DNA of 64,000 bases, taken from the NCBI GenBank assembly GCA_963817465.1, contig CAWFOP010000021.1, forward strand, positions 18,803-82,802, in the 5' to 3' direction. Positions within the stretch are counted from its first letter, which is position 1, and every line of letters begins with the position of its first letter. Positions 28,763 through 38,572 of this stretch are shown here, one piece after another. The notes under the pieces were generated by a model. The model searched no databases and was not told where the DNA came from. It worked only from the letters and a program-made list of their open reading frames with translations. The position numbers and the translations under genes are program-made. Source of the DNA: an uncultured Acidobacteriota bacterium. Lineage in GTDB: Bacteria; Acidobacteriota; Terriglobia; Bryobacterales; UBA6623.

Positions 28763-30274
28763 ATGGGACTCAAATTCGACTCGTACCAAACCGACGGATT
28801 CTTCGACGAGATGTTCGGTCCCGACGGCTTGCCGCGAGAAGACTCCCGAGCGCTGATCGAACGCATTGAGGCGCTGCCCGACGGCGAGCTCAAGCGACGC
28901 CACCAGGCCGCCGAGCGAGCCTTGATGCGGATGGGCATCACCTTCAACGTCTACGGCCAAGAGCAGGGAACGGAGCGCATCTTTCCGTTCGACATTATTC
29001 CGAGAATCGTTTCCGCCCAAGACTGGGAGCGCATCGAAGACGGTTTGCAGCAGCGCATTCGCGCGCTGAACCTATTCCTCGACGACATCTACCACGATCA
29101 GAAGATCGTGAACGACGGGGTCGTGCCGCGCGAGATCATCGAGTCGGCGGACGGCTTCCGCTCGCAATGCGTCGGTCTCGACCCGCCCAAATCCGTTTGG
29201 TGTCACATCACAGGCACGGACCTGGTACGCGACGGCGACGGCACGGTTTACGTCCTCGAAGACAATCTGCGTTGCCCCTCGGGCGTGTCGTACGTCCTCG
29301 AAAATCGCTCGGTCATGAAGGAGACTTTCCCGAAGGTCTTCGAAGGCTTGGGCGTGCGGCCGGTCTACGACTATCCGGGGCGCCTGCTCTCGATGCTCGA
29401 AGACAACGCGCCGCCCATGGCCCCCTATCCGCGGGTCGTCGTGCTGACGCCGGGCGTGTACAATTCGGCCTACTTCGAACATTCGTTCCTCGCGCGGCAG
29501 ATGGGCGTCGAGTTGGTCGAGGGCCGCGACCTCGTGGCGCTCGACGGCGTCGTCAACATGCGCACCACCAAGGGTTTCGAGCGCGTGGATGTGATCTACC
29601 GCCGCCTCGACGACGACTTCCTCGATCCGCAAGTGTTCCGGCCCGATTCGATGCTCGGCGTACCGGGCCTCATGGAAGCCTACCGCGCAGGCAACGTGAC
29701 TCTCGTCAACGCCCCGGGCACCGGCGTGGCCGACGACAAGGTCATCTACGCGTTCGTGCCTGACATCATCAAGTACTACCTCGACGAAGACGCCATCATC
29801 CCGAACGTCCCGACATTCCTCTGCTGGCGCAGCGAGGATCGCAAATACGTGCTCGAGAACATCGAGAAACTAGTCGTCAAGCCGGCGAACGAATCCGGCG
29901 GCTATGGTCTGCTGGTCGGGCCGCACGCGACGAAAGCCGACTGCGACGAGTTCAAGCGCCGCATCGAGGCCAATCCGCGCAACTACATCGCGCAGCCGAC
30001 GCTGGCGCTGTCGCGCGTACCGACTCTGGTGGAGGGCAAGCCCGAAGGGCGTCACGTCGACCTGCGACCCTACATCTTGTACGGCTCGGAAATTTATGTC
30101 CTTCCCGGCGGTCTGACGCGCGTCGCGCTGCGTAAGGGTTCGCTCGTTGTGAACTCTTCGCAAGGCGGCGGAAGCAAGGATACTTGGGTGCTGCGAGACT
30201 CAACGCACGAGAACGGCCAGGGCCAAAGCCAAGAGCAGAGCCAAGGCCAAAGCCAAGAGCAGAGGCAAGGATAA
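28763..30274 (+). CDS. Circularly permuted type-2 ATP-grasp protein (DUF404/DUF407 family)
   Basis: The start is set at [18 protein letters not shown]. The family pattern includes PGTGVADDK, ...[12 protein letters not shown]... It is paired with an alpha-E gene. The ORF is open from 28610, but that extension looks non-coding. Confidence 0.75.
   Translation: MGLKFDSYQTDGFFDEMFGPDGLPREDSRALIERIEALPDGELKRRHQAAERALMRMGITFNVYGQEQGTERIFPFDIIPRIVSAQDWERIEDGLQQRIRALNLFLDDIYHDQKIVNDGVVPREIIESADGFRSQCVGLDPPKSVWCHITGTDLVRDGDGTVYVLEDNLRCPSGVSYVLENRSVMKETFPKVFEGLGVRPVYDYPGRLLSMLEDNAPPMAPYPRVVVLTPGVYNSAYFEHSFLARQMGVELVEGRDLVALDGVVNMRTTKGFERVDVIYRRLDDDFLDPQVFRPDSMLGVPGLMEAYRAGNVTLVNAPGTGVADDKVIYAFVPDIIKYYLDEDAIIPNVPTFLCWRSEDRKYVLENIEKLVVKPANESGGYGLLVGPHATKADCDEFKRRIEANPRNYIAQPTLALSRVPTLVEGKPEGRHVDLRPYILYGSEIYVLPGGLTRVALRKGSLVVNSSQGGGSKDTWVLRDSTHENGQGQSQEQSQGQSQEQRQG
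30221..30268 (+). repeat. Tandem 24-bp repeat (2 copies) encoding the GQSQEQSQ tail of the ATP-grasp protein
   Basis: GGCCAAAGCCAAGAGCAGAG occurs at 30221-30240 and again at 30245-30264. Confidence 0.8.
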
Positions 30275-30281
30275 GCCGCTG

Positions 30282-31232
30282 ATGCTGAGCCGTGTTGCCG
30301 AATCGACCTACTGGATGGCGCGATATATCGAGCGAGCGGAAAACGTCGCCCGCTTCGTTGACGTCAATCTGCACTTGCTTCTGGATTTGCCTGACATCTT
30401 CGAAGGGCAGTGGGGAGCGCTCGTTCACATCACGGGCGACGAGCCCGACTTCAAGGAGCGCTACGAGGAATCGAGCGACGACAACGTCATCCAGTTCCTC
30501 ACCTTCGATCGCGAGAATCCCAATTCGATCGTCTCGTGCGTGACGACGGCGCGCGAAAATGCCCGCTCGATCCGCGAAATCTTGACGACCGATGCTTGGG
30601 AGGCCCTGAACGAGTTTTATCTGAGCGTCACGGCGCCGAACGCGCAAAGGTTGGCTCGCGACAACCCGCACGACTTCTTTCGCGACGTACGCCGCGCCGG
30701 GCACCAAATCGAAGGAGCGATGTCGCAGACGATGTCGCGCGGCGAGCCGTGGCATTTCGCCAAGATCGGACGACTGCTCGAACGCGCCGATAAGACGACG
30801 CGCATCCTCGACATCAAATACTTCCTATTGCTGCCGGACGTAAGCGACATCGGGACGCCGATCGACGACCTGCATTGGTCCGCCGTGCTGCGGTCGGCCA
30901 GCGCCTTTGAGATGTATCGCAAGGTGCACGGGCAGGTTTCGGCGAGCCGCATCATCAAGTTCCTGCTGCTGGATAGCGAATTCCCGCGCTCGGTGCACTA
31001 CTGCCTAATCAACGCCGATGAATCCCTGCACTCGATCAGCGGTTCGCCGCAGCGCAGCTTCCGCAATGACTGCGAGCGCCGCCTGGGTCAGGTGGTGTCG
31101 GAGCTCGACTACACCGACGATCGCGAAATCCTGCGCAGCGGCCTGCACGAATACCTCGACGGGATGCAATTGAAGCTGCTCGAGGTCGGCGCCGCGGTGT
31201 ATGAGACGTTCTTCGCCCTGAAACCCGTCTGA
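30282..31232 (+). CDS. Alpha-E domain protein (DUF403)
   Basis: MLSRVAESTYWMARYIERAENVARF... is the canonical alpha-E N-terminus. It starts 8 nt after the ATP-grasp gene. Confidence 0.8.
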   Translation: MLSRVAESTYWMARYIERAENVARFVDVNLHLLLDLPDIFEGQWGALVHITGDEPDFKERYEESSDDNVIQFLTFDRENPNSIVSCVTTARENARSIREILTTDAWEALNEFYLSVTAPNAQRLARDNPHDFFRDVRRAGHQIEGAMSQTMSRGEPWHFAKIGRLLERADKTTRILDIKYFLLLPDVSDIGTPIDDLHWSAVLRSASAFEMYRKVHGQVSASRIIKFLLLDSEFPRSVHYCLINADESLHSISGSPQRSFRNDCERRLGQVVSELDYTDDREILRSGLHEYLDGMQLKLLEVGAAVYETFFALKPV

Positions 31233-31349
31233 GAGTGATTACAGGCGCTCTCGCCTGTGAACAGTCGTCCGAAGGGCGACCCGGCTCTACGGCGGCTATG
31301 ACAGGCGAGGAGCGCCCGTCAGCTACTTCGCTGATACGCTAGCCTCTCT

Positions 31350-32405
31350 ATGCCGCAACCTCTTCCGCTCGCCGTCATCGGCCTCGGCCGCATCGGCGTC
31401 ATTCATGCGCTCCATGCGAAACGGCTGGAAACCGCGGGCAAAGCCCGACTCGCCGCTCTGGTGGACGCAGACATTTCACGAGCGCAAAGACTGGCTTCCG
31501 AGTTCGGCGGCGACATCGCGACCTTCGCCTCGGTCGAAGATTTGACCAAGTCCGGCGCGACGCAAGCCTCCCTCGTCTCGACGCCGACGGGCCTGCATCG
31601 CGAGCATGCTCAGGCGCTGATCGACGCCGGCCAGCGCGTCCTGCTCGAAAAGCCCATGACGGATTCGGTCGAGGCGGACCGCGAGTTCGTCGCGGCGCTC
31701 AACCGCACGGCGCCCGACGCGCTGATGCTGGCCTTCCAGCGGCGATTCGACCCTGCCCTGCGTCGCGCGAAACAATTGTTGGACGCCGGGAAGATCGGGC
31801 GGCCGTTCAAGATCGTTTCGACACTCGAAGACTCGCTGCCGCTGCCCGACGGCTACGACAGCGCGGGTCTGCTCTACGACATGTCGGTTCACAACGTCGA
31901 CGAGGTGCTGTGGCTGACCGGTCAGAAGCCGCGGCGAGCGTTCGCAGCGGCGACGCCGCTCTACAGCCATCGCTTGACCTCGGCGAATGAGGAGTTCGAC
32001 GACGGTTTCTTGCAGATGTGGTTCGACGGCGAGTTATCGGCGCAGGTGCAGGTCAGCCGCAATCACGTCTCGGGCTACCGCGTCGAGACGTGGATCTACG
32101 GCGAGGAAGGGCAGATCCACGTGGGGCCCTTCCGGCAGACTCCGCATGAGGTCGCGCTCGAGGTTTATGGACGCTCGAAGCCGATCGCGCAGGAGCGCTT
32201 CGATCTGGAGCGCTACTCCGGCCGCGTGCCGGAGTTCGTCGATCGCTTCGGCGGGGCGTATCAAGCCGAGCTGGCGCACTTCGTCGACTGCTGTATCGCC
32301 GGCAACCCGTTCGGCGTGGACCAAAACGACGGCCTCGCCGCCATGGAAGTCATCGACGCCGCCGTCAAGGCTCTGCTGCGACCCGAACAAGCGCCGCTCA
32401 TCTAG
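31350..32405 (+). CDS. Gfo/Idh/MocA-family NAD(P)-dependent oxidoreductase
   Basis: N-terminal Rossmann motif VIGLGRIG, followed by the EKP motif (LLEKPM) and a C-terminal alpha/beta domain. Confidence 0.75.
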   Translation: MPQPLPLAVIGLGRIGVIHALHAKRLETAGKARLAALVDADISRAQRLASEFGGDIATFASVEDLTKSGATQASLVSTPTGLHREHAQALIDAGQRVLLEKPMTDSVEADREFVAALNRTAPDALMLAFQRRFDPALRRAKQLLDAGKIGRPFKIVSTLEDSLPLPDGYDSAGLLYDMSVHNVDEVLWLTGQKPRRAFAAATPLYSHRLTSANEEFDDGFLQMWFDGELSAQVQVSRNHVSGYRVETWIYGEEGQIHVGPFRQTPHEVALEVYGRSKPIAQERFDLERYSGRVPEFVDRFGGAYQAELAHFVDCCIAGNPFGVDQNDGLAAMEVIDAAVKALLRPEQAPLI

Positions 32406-32421
32406 CGATGGCGGGGCCCGC

Positions 32422-33423
32422 TCACTGCGGCAGCTTCAGCGCCTCGAGCGTGTCCAGTTCCGGGCCTCCGCCGCGATTGGCGCTGCCGGCCGCCTCCCAG
32501 AGCTTGCCGTCATAGAGAATCACGCCCGTGCCGTGTCGACCTTGGACCATCTGCGGCAGCGATGCCCACGCGCCGCTGGCCGGATCGAAGGCCTCCACCT
32601 CGGAGTGCGCCGTCTCGTGCGCGCCGCTCTCGCCGCCCAACACGACGACCTTGCCGTTCCACACGACCGTGCTGGTCCCGGCTCGCTGCGTGGGAATGGG
32701 CGCATCGGCGGTCGACCATGTCTGCGACGCGACATCGTAGATGTCAACTTCGGCAATCGAAAGCTTGAACGTGTCGCCGGTCTCGGCCGAGCTGGTGCGG
32801 CCCCCCGCGGCGTAGATCTTGCCGTCGATCCAAGCGGCTTGGAAGTGATCGCGCGGGCGCGGGGCGTCAGGCAGGATGGTCCACTCGTCGCTCTCCAGGT
32901 CGAGCGCGTCGAGCCACGGGACGTATCCCGCCCAGTGGCCGTCGACGATGCCGCAAACGATGTAGAGCGTGCCGTCGTGGATCAGCGATCCGGCCGCCCC
33001 GCGGCGGCGGCCTTCTGGAATTTCCGGGCCCTGGCTCCACTCGTCTTTGGCCGGATCGTAAATCATCACATTCTGTACGGGCGTCTCGTGCGGATACTTG
33101 CCCGTCAACGCGCCGGCGATATAAATGCGGCCTTCATAGACGGACGGCTGGAAGTGGTGAATCTCGATCGGCGGTCCGGACGCGGCCGTCCACGTATTCG
33201 TCTCCGGGTCGTAGACGTCCACCGGTTTCATGCCGCGTCCGCCGATCAGGTAAAACTTGCCGCCCGCCTCGACAAACGAAGTTTCGTGACGAGCGGTCGG
33301 CTTGCCCTGTGTGGAGATCGTTTCCCACTTGGCGCCGGCGGGGGCGGCGGCCTCTTCCGGGGCCGGAGCGGACGAGCACGCGGCCAACAGTAAGATCGTG
33401 CAAAGCGCAGTGATACGAGTCAT
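32422..33423 (-). CDS. Kelch-repeat beta-propeller lipoprotein
   Basis: Lipobox LLAACS. About 6 repeats of the G.(I/L)Y..GG......V..YDP..(N/D).W type. Confidence 0.7.
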   Translation of the reverse strand: MTRITALCTILLLAACSSAPAPEEAAAPAGAKWETISTQGKPTARHETSFVEAGGKFYLIGGRGMKPVDVYDPETNTWTAASGPPIEIHHFQPSVYEGRIYIAGALTGKYPHETPVQNVMIYDPAKDEWSQGPEIPEGRRRGAAGSLIHDGTLYIVCGIVDGHWAGYVPWLDALDLESDEWTILPDAPRPRDHFQAAWIDGKIYAAGGRTSSAETGDTFKLSIAEVDIYDVASQTWSTADAPIPTQRAGTSTVVWNGKVVVLGGESGAHETAHSEVEAFDPASGAWASLPQMVQGRHGTGVILYDGKLWEAAGSANRGGGPELDTLEALKLPQ

Positions 33424-33505
33424 GTGATTTCGCTGAATTATATCGACCTTTGGCCGCCCCGCCGCGCATCCCGAGTCGGTCGCGCCCGCTGATAGACTGG
33501 TCCGG

Positions 33506-36500
33506 ATGGCTCGGTTTCGGGTGTTTGCCGCCCTCGCGGCGCTGGTGTGTTGTCAGGCGGCGGGCGCCCAAACCCCCACGGGCGGCGTGCAGGGCGCGGC
33601 GCTCGACCCTTCCGGACAAGCCGTCCCCAACGCGGCGGTTCAAGCCGCGGACCTGAATACCGCGCGCAAGTTCGAAGCGATCGCCGACGGGCGCGGCGCG
33701 TTCGCCTTTCCGGTTCTGCCGGCCGGCGAGTATGAGATCACCGCGGCGGCGGACGGGCTGATCGGCGTCCCGCGGCGTGTCCGCGTGGAGGTTGGCCGTA
33801 GCCTGCGGGTGGACCTGCGCCTCGAGCTCGAAGGGCAGGCGACCACGATCGAAGTCATTGATTCGACGCCATTGGTCGACGTCGGCAGCGCGGCGGTCGG
33901 CTGGTCGATTCCTCGCGAACAGATCGCGGACCTGCCGTTGAACGAGCGCGACTTCCTGCGCCTCGGCTTGCTCGCCGGCGGCGCTCATCCAGCCGCGCCG
34001 GGCTCGGAGTTGAGCCGCCAGAACGACTCGGGCATCCACTTGAACGGCGCGCGCGAGAGCGCCAACAACTTCCTGCTCGACGGCGTCGACAACAACGACC
34101 TGTTCATCAACCGCTTGGTCGTGAATCCGCCGCTCGATTCGGTGCGCGAGTTCCGTTTGCAGTCGGCCAACTACTCGGCGGAATTCGGCCGCAGCGGCGG
34201 CGCCCAAATTAACGTGGTCAGCCGCTCGGGTTCGAACGACCTGCACGGCTCGCTCTACGACTACCTGCGCAACGACGCCCTCGACGCCCGCAACTTCTTC
34301 GACCCCCGCAATGAACCCAAGTACCGGCGCAACCAGTTCGGGGCGGCGCTGGGCGGGCCGATTCAGAACGACCGCACGTTCTTCTTCGCGGCCTACGAAG
34401 GCACGCGCATCAAGGACTCGGTCAGCCGCACCGCCCGCGTCCCCACGGCGGCCGAAAAAACGGGCGACTTTTCCGCGAACCCGGATCCGATCATCGACAT
34501 CTTCACGCAGCAGCCGTTTCCCAACAACGTAATCCCCGCCGAGCGACTCGATCCGATCGGCCTCGGCCTGGCGCAATATTGGCCCGACCCGAATCGCTCC
34601 GACCCCAACGCCAACCTCGTGGCGAGCCCGTCGGGCGACAGCCTCGCCAACAAGGTCTACGGCCGCCTCGACCATTACTGGACGCGGAACAACTCGTCCT
34701 ACGTGCGCTTCAACCGCGACTACGACCGCACGCTCGAGCCGTTCTCCGACAACAACACCAACGTTCCCGGCTTCGGCAACTTCATCCTCGACCGCGCGAT
34801 CAATCTCGTCGTCGCCGACACGCACCTGTTTGGGCCGTCGGTCGTGTTGGAGTCGCGCTTCGGATTCAATCGCCTCAAGCGCGACGTGCTGCAGCAGAAC
34901 TTCGGCAACGACATCGGCGGTGGTCTGGGTATCCCGGCCATGCCGTCGAGCGGCCTCAACGCGGGCTTTCCGGCCGTGACCGTGGCGGGCTACGACGGCC
35001 TGGCCGACGACACCTCGCTGCCCATCTACCGCACCGACAAGACCTACCACCTGGTCGAGCACCTGTCGTGGGTGCGCGGCCGTCACAGCGTCAAGACCGG
35101 CGGCGAGTACCGCCGCTTCAGCGCCGACGGCTTCCAGGGGCTGTTCGGACGCGGCCAGTTCAACTTTCTCGGCGTGTTCTCGCAGAACGCGGTGTCCGAC
35201 CTGCTGCTGGGCTTGCCGACTTATACGCTGCAGACCGTCGTCGACAACCCCTTCGCGCTGCGTGCGGCCTCGCTCGCCGGCTACCTCCAAGACGATTGGC
35301 GCATCCGCCCCAACCTGACGCTCAACTTCGGTCTGCGCTACGAGTGGAACCGCCCGGCGGTCGACGCGGAAGACCGCTTTTCGCTGTTCGACCTCGAGCG
35401 AAACGAATTGGTCCAACCGCCCACCGAACGTTTCGGCCGTGCAGGCTATGCGGGCGATCTCAACAACTTCGCGCCGCGCATTGGCCTGAGTTGGAGCCCC
35501 GCGGGCGCGCAGGACGACCTGGTTGTGCGCGCCGGCTACGGCGTGTTCCACAACCTCGCAATCCAAGAGATCACGATCGGCCTCTACTTCAATCCGCCGT
35601 TTTTCGACCTGCGCGTCTTTCAGCCGTCGGAGACGCAACTGCTGACGCTCTCGAACCCGTTCCCAGCCGAGGCGGGGTTCGCTCCGCCGCCGTCGGTGAA
35701 CACGGTACAGCCGGACTTTCGCACCGCCTACGTGCAGCACTGGAACGCCGGCCTCGAGAAGCGCCTGCCCGGCGGGACCGTCTTCCGCGCGTCGTACATC
35801 GGAACCAAAGGCACAAAGCTGCTTCGTCGTCGCGACTTGAACCAGCCCGCGCCCGGCGAGGGGTACGTGGACTCCCGGCGCCCGATCCCGGGCTACGCGA
35901 ACGTGGTGATGTTCGAATCGGCCGCCTCGTCGATCTACCACTCGGGCGTGTTCTCGCTCGAGCGCCGGCTGCGTCAAGGGCTGACGTTCTCGGCGGCTTA
36001 TACGCTGTCGAAGTCGATCGACGACGCCTCGGCGTTCCTCGATTCCGACGGCGACATCGGCTTCCCGCAGAACAGCCGGGACTTCGCCGCCGAGCGCGCG
36101 CTGTCGAGCTTCGACCAGCGCCGGAGGCTCGTCGTCATGGCGAGCTACCGGACGAGCTTTCGCAGCGTCCTGGCGCGCAACTGGGAGCTTTACCTGATCG
36201 GCGTGGCGCAGTCGGGCCGCCCCTTGACGCCCGCGCTGACCTTCGACAACAGCAACACCGGCAACGCCGGAGGCATCTTCGGCGAAGACCGCCCCGACAG
36301 GATCGCCGACCCCAACAACGGGCCGGGCACGGCCGAGCAGTTCTTCAACACGGGGGCGTTCGTCAATCCGCCGCCGCTGTCGTTCGGAAACGCCGGGCGC
36401 AACGTCATCAGCGGTCCAGGGCAAGCCAGTTTGGACCTTGCTGTGGCCAGGGCCTTCAGCTTTGGGGAGAGGGCGCGGGTGACTTTGCGCGCCGAGGCGT

Positions 36501-36625
36501 TCAACATCGCGAACAGGGCCAACTTCGATTTGCCGCGGCGCTACGCCGACCAGCCGACGTTCGGGCGCATCAATTCAGCCCAGCCGGCGCGGCAATTGCA
36601 GCTCAGCCTGAGGGTGGCCTTCTAG
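33506..36625 (+). CDS. TonB-dependent receptor with N-terminal carboxypeptidase-regulatory-like domain
   Basis: Signal peptide, then G.V.D.SG..VPNA.V......T......ADG.G.F.F..L..G.Y, then plug and barrel, with the C-terminus ...RQLQLSLRVAF. Confidence 0.85.
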   Translation: MARFRVFAALAALVCCQAAGAQTPTGGVQGAALDPSGQAVPNAAVQAADLNTARKFEAIADGRGAFAFPVLPAGEYEITAAADGLIGVPRRVRVEVGRSLRVDLRLELEGQATTIEVIDSTPLVDVGSAAVGWSIPREQIADLPLNERDFLRLGLLAGGAHPAAPGSELSRQNDSGIHLNGARESANNFLLDGVDNNDLFINRLVVNPPLDSVREFRLQSANYSAEFGRSGGAQINVVSRSGSNDLHGSLYDYLRNDALDARNFFDPRNEPKYRRNQFGAALGGPIQNDRTFFFAAYEGTRIKDSVSRTARVPTAAEKTGDFSANPDPIIDIFTQQPFPNNVIPAERLDPIGLGLAQYWPDPNRSDPNANLVASPSGDSLANKVYGRLDHYWTRNNSSYVRFNRDYDRTLEPFSDNNTNVPGFGNFILDRAINLVVADTHLFGPSVVLESRFGFNRLKRDVLQQNFGNDIGGGLGIPAMPSSGLNAGFPAVTVAGYDGLADDTSLPIYRTDKTYHLVEHLSWVRGRHSVKTGGEYRRFSADGFQGLFGRGQFNFLGVFSQNAVSDLLLGLPTYTLQTVVDNPFALRAASLAGYLQDDWRIRPNLTLNFGLRYEWNRPAVDAEDRFSLFDLERNELVQPPTERFGRAGYAGDLNNFAPRIGLSWSPAGAQDDLVVRAGYGVFHNLAIQEITIGLYFNPPFFDLRVFQPSETQLLTLSNPFPAEAGFAPPPSVNTVQPDFRTAYVQHWNAGLEKRLPGGTVFRASYIGTKGTKLLRRRDLNQPAPGEGYVDSRRPIPGYANVVMFESAASSIYHSGVFSLERRLRQGLTFSAAYTLSKSIDDASAFLDSDGDIGFPQNSRDFAAERALSSFDQRRRLVVMASYRTSFRSVLARNWELYLIGVAQSGRPLTPALTFDNSNTGNAGGIFGEDRPDRIADPNNGPGTAEQFFNTGAFVNPPPLSFGNAGRNVISGPGQASLDLAVARAFSFGERARVTLRAEAFNIANRANFDLPRRYADQPTFGRINSAQPARQLQLSLRVAF

Positions 36626-37155
36626 CTGCCGTGGCGGACCGGCTCGAGGCCGCTCACATCCGCCTTGGATTCATCGGCGGGCGCGTTCAATTCGAGGTCG
36701 ACGTTCTTGCAGGTGCTGTCGCTGCAGGTCTGCCCTTTGACGGCGATCTTCGCGGGCCCGCCGGTTTTCTTGACCTTGGCGGCGAAAACAGCGTGATCCT
36801 CGAAGCCCCAGCTATACCAGCGCAGCTCGGGCCTCGAGAAATCCTTCGGCGGCGTCTGAAGCCACGGTCCCGCGGCTTCGAGGCCTGAGACGAGCTCGAT
36901 CTGCGTAGGGCCGTCGATGCCGAGCGATTGCTTGCCGGCCAGCGCTTCCTTCGCACGCAGCTCATTGTCCATTGCGAACGTGTGCCAGCCCTCCGAGATG
37001 TTCGCCTCGACGATCAAATAATCGCCGGCGAGCTTGGCGTGATACGTCAGGCATGTCTCGTTCATGTGATGGACCGCAGCCGGCGCGCCCCATTCCGCCG
37101 AGGCGATTCCCAAGGTCAGCAAACAAGCGAGGGCCGCAAAGCGCATATTCATCAT
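36622..37155 (-). CDS. Secreted DsbD-N-terminal-like (DsbC/DsbD alpha-type) domain protein
   Basis: Signal peptide, GWHTFA, and a late C-x-x-x-x-C (CSDSTC). The start overlaps the upstream stop as TAATG. Confidence 0.5.
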   Translation of the reverse strand: MMNMRFAALACLLTLGIASAEWGAPAAVHHMNETCLTYHAKLAGDYLIVEANISEGWHTFAMDNELRAKEALAGKQSLGIDGPTQIELVSGLEAAGPWLQTPPKDFSRPELRWYSWGFEDHAVFAAKVKKTGGPAKIAVKGQTCSDSTCKNVDLELNAPADESKADVSGLEPVRHGS

Positions 37156-38384
37156 TATTTCCGAAAGTTGACCTGTGTGGTGTGGACGTCGCTCTCCATG
37201 CGCTTGCCGTCACGAAGCAGCGTTAGCTTGACCACTTCGCCGGCCTTGACGTGCAGCTTGATATAGAGCTCGGGCGTATTGGCGATTGGGTCGGTCTCGA
37301 TCCCGTTGACGGCGAAAATGACGTCGCCTGCCTTGATGTCGTAGCTGCCGGCGGTGATGAAGTCGTCGACGCCGGTCACGCGCGCCGCGAATCCCGTCGG
37401 ATCGAGCTTCAGCTCGCTCTTCTCGCTTTCGGTCAGCGGATGCGAACGGAACGGCAGTCGCGGCTCCATGCTCCATTGGCGGTAGCCGAGATCGGTGAAC
37501 CACCAGCGCATCGGCAGCTCGACCGGGATCTCCATGGCTTTGCCGTCGCGGTCGACCGCCAGCCGCACGCCGTCGGCGTCGCGGTCGACCTTGTCGTAGT
37601 AGTACTGCAAGTCCGCGAAGGTGTAAACGGGCGTGCCGTTGAGTTGCGTGATCTTGTCCCCGGCCTGCATGCCCGCCGCCGCGACCGTGCCCGTGGCATT
37701 CTTCACGACCAAGCCTTTCGGCACGTCGAGCTCGATGCCGATCCTCTTGATGTCGGGCGAGCGGTAGAGGTCCTTGATCGGGTCGTAAACCCGGTCGAGG
37801 ATACGGTGCTGGTTCTGGTAGTCCATCGTCAAATGGCACTCGACGCACGCGCCGCGGCCGGTCGTGCGGGCCACCAGCAGCGGAAAGTCCGAAACATGGA
37901 TCGGCGCGGGCCGCGGCTTCTTGGGCAGCTCGCCGGCCTTGTACCGCTCATGCAGCTCGAGGCCCTGCTTCAGGGCGAGCTCCAGGCTGTTCAGGTCGAG
38001 ATAGGACCCGAAACCGGCGGAGTCGCGCCCGCCGTAACGCAGATAGATCTGCTCGTCGGCGTTGAGGGCGAAATAGTAGAGCGTGTTGTGGCGGTCCCAG
38101 TCGAACACGCCGAAATCCACGTCGTCCAACCGGATGACGCGCGCCAGCACGTACTGGCTCAACAACTTGCCGCGAGGCGAATCCGGATCTGACAGCACAA
38201 CCTGTGCGTCGAACTCTCGTCCGGCCCGTCAAGGCGAGCAGCGATACTCGAGGAAGATCGGCTTCCCGGTCTCGCGGGCCTCCTTGAGGGCGTCCGGGTA
38301 GTTGTCGTACCAGAACAGTTCGCCGGATTGGGCGGGCGCCAGCGCCGCGAGGGCGCAAGTCAAAATCGCGATACGAAGGGTCAT
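37155..38384 (-). CDS. Exported thioredoxin-fold + CxxCH + 2x PDZ protein; candidate selenoprotein (in-frame UGA at 38229-38231 in a C-S-P-U motif)
   Basis: The conventional ORF is 37155..38198 (GTG start, begins mid-domain). The same frame upstream reads MTLRIAILTCALAALAPAQSGELFWYDNYPDALKEARETGKPIFLEYRCSP[TGA]RAGREFDAQVV from ATG 38384. Downstream are CVECH and two PDZ domains (GMQAGDKI.., IKAGDVI..). Confidence 0.6.
38191..38210 (-). promoter_or_regulatory. SECIS-like hairpin 18 nt downstream of the in-frame UGA
   Basis: Minus-strand RNA GAC-GCAC-AGGUU-GUGC-(U)-GUC gives a 7-bp stem with one bulged U. The apical loop AGGUU has its GGU at +30..+32 from the U of UGA. Confidence 0.4.
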
Positions 38385-38572
38385 CGAAACGGAACGGCGG
38401 CCTACAAAGAAAAAGACGAAAACTGCGGCCCGCGGTTACGGCGGACCTACTGCTAGCATAGCGGCGGCCGAAGCCGGTTTTTCGGTACAATCTCGCAAAC
38501 GTCGACCGTGATGCGGCGATTCCGGTCAACCTAGTCGTTGCGCCTTTTCAAGCTTGAACCGCAACGCACTCC

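Noticed and set aside
33134-36424. 1096-aa ORF antisense to the TonB-dependent receptor. Similar long antisense or out-of-frame ORFs occur at 56714..59245, 44691..46190, 46302..47276, 50289..51404, 50293..51885, 14906..15961, 1809..2846, 1832..3421, 10666..11871, 34579..36888 and 41075..42265.
   Set aside because: They are Arg/Ala/Gly-rich, low-complexity translations typical of shadow frames in GC-rich DNA. Each overlaps a gene with clear domain content on the other strand or frame.
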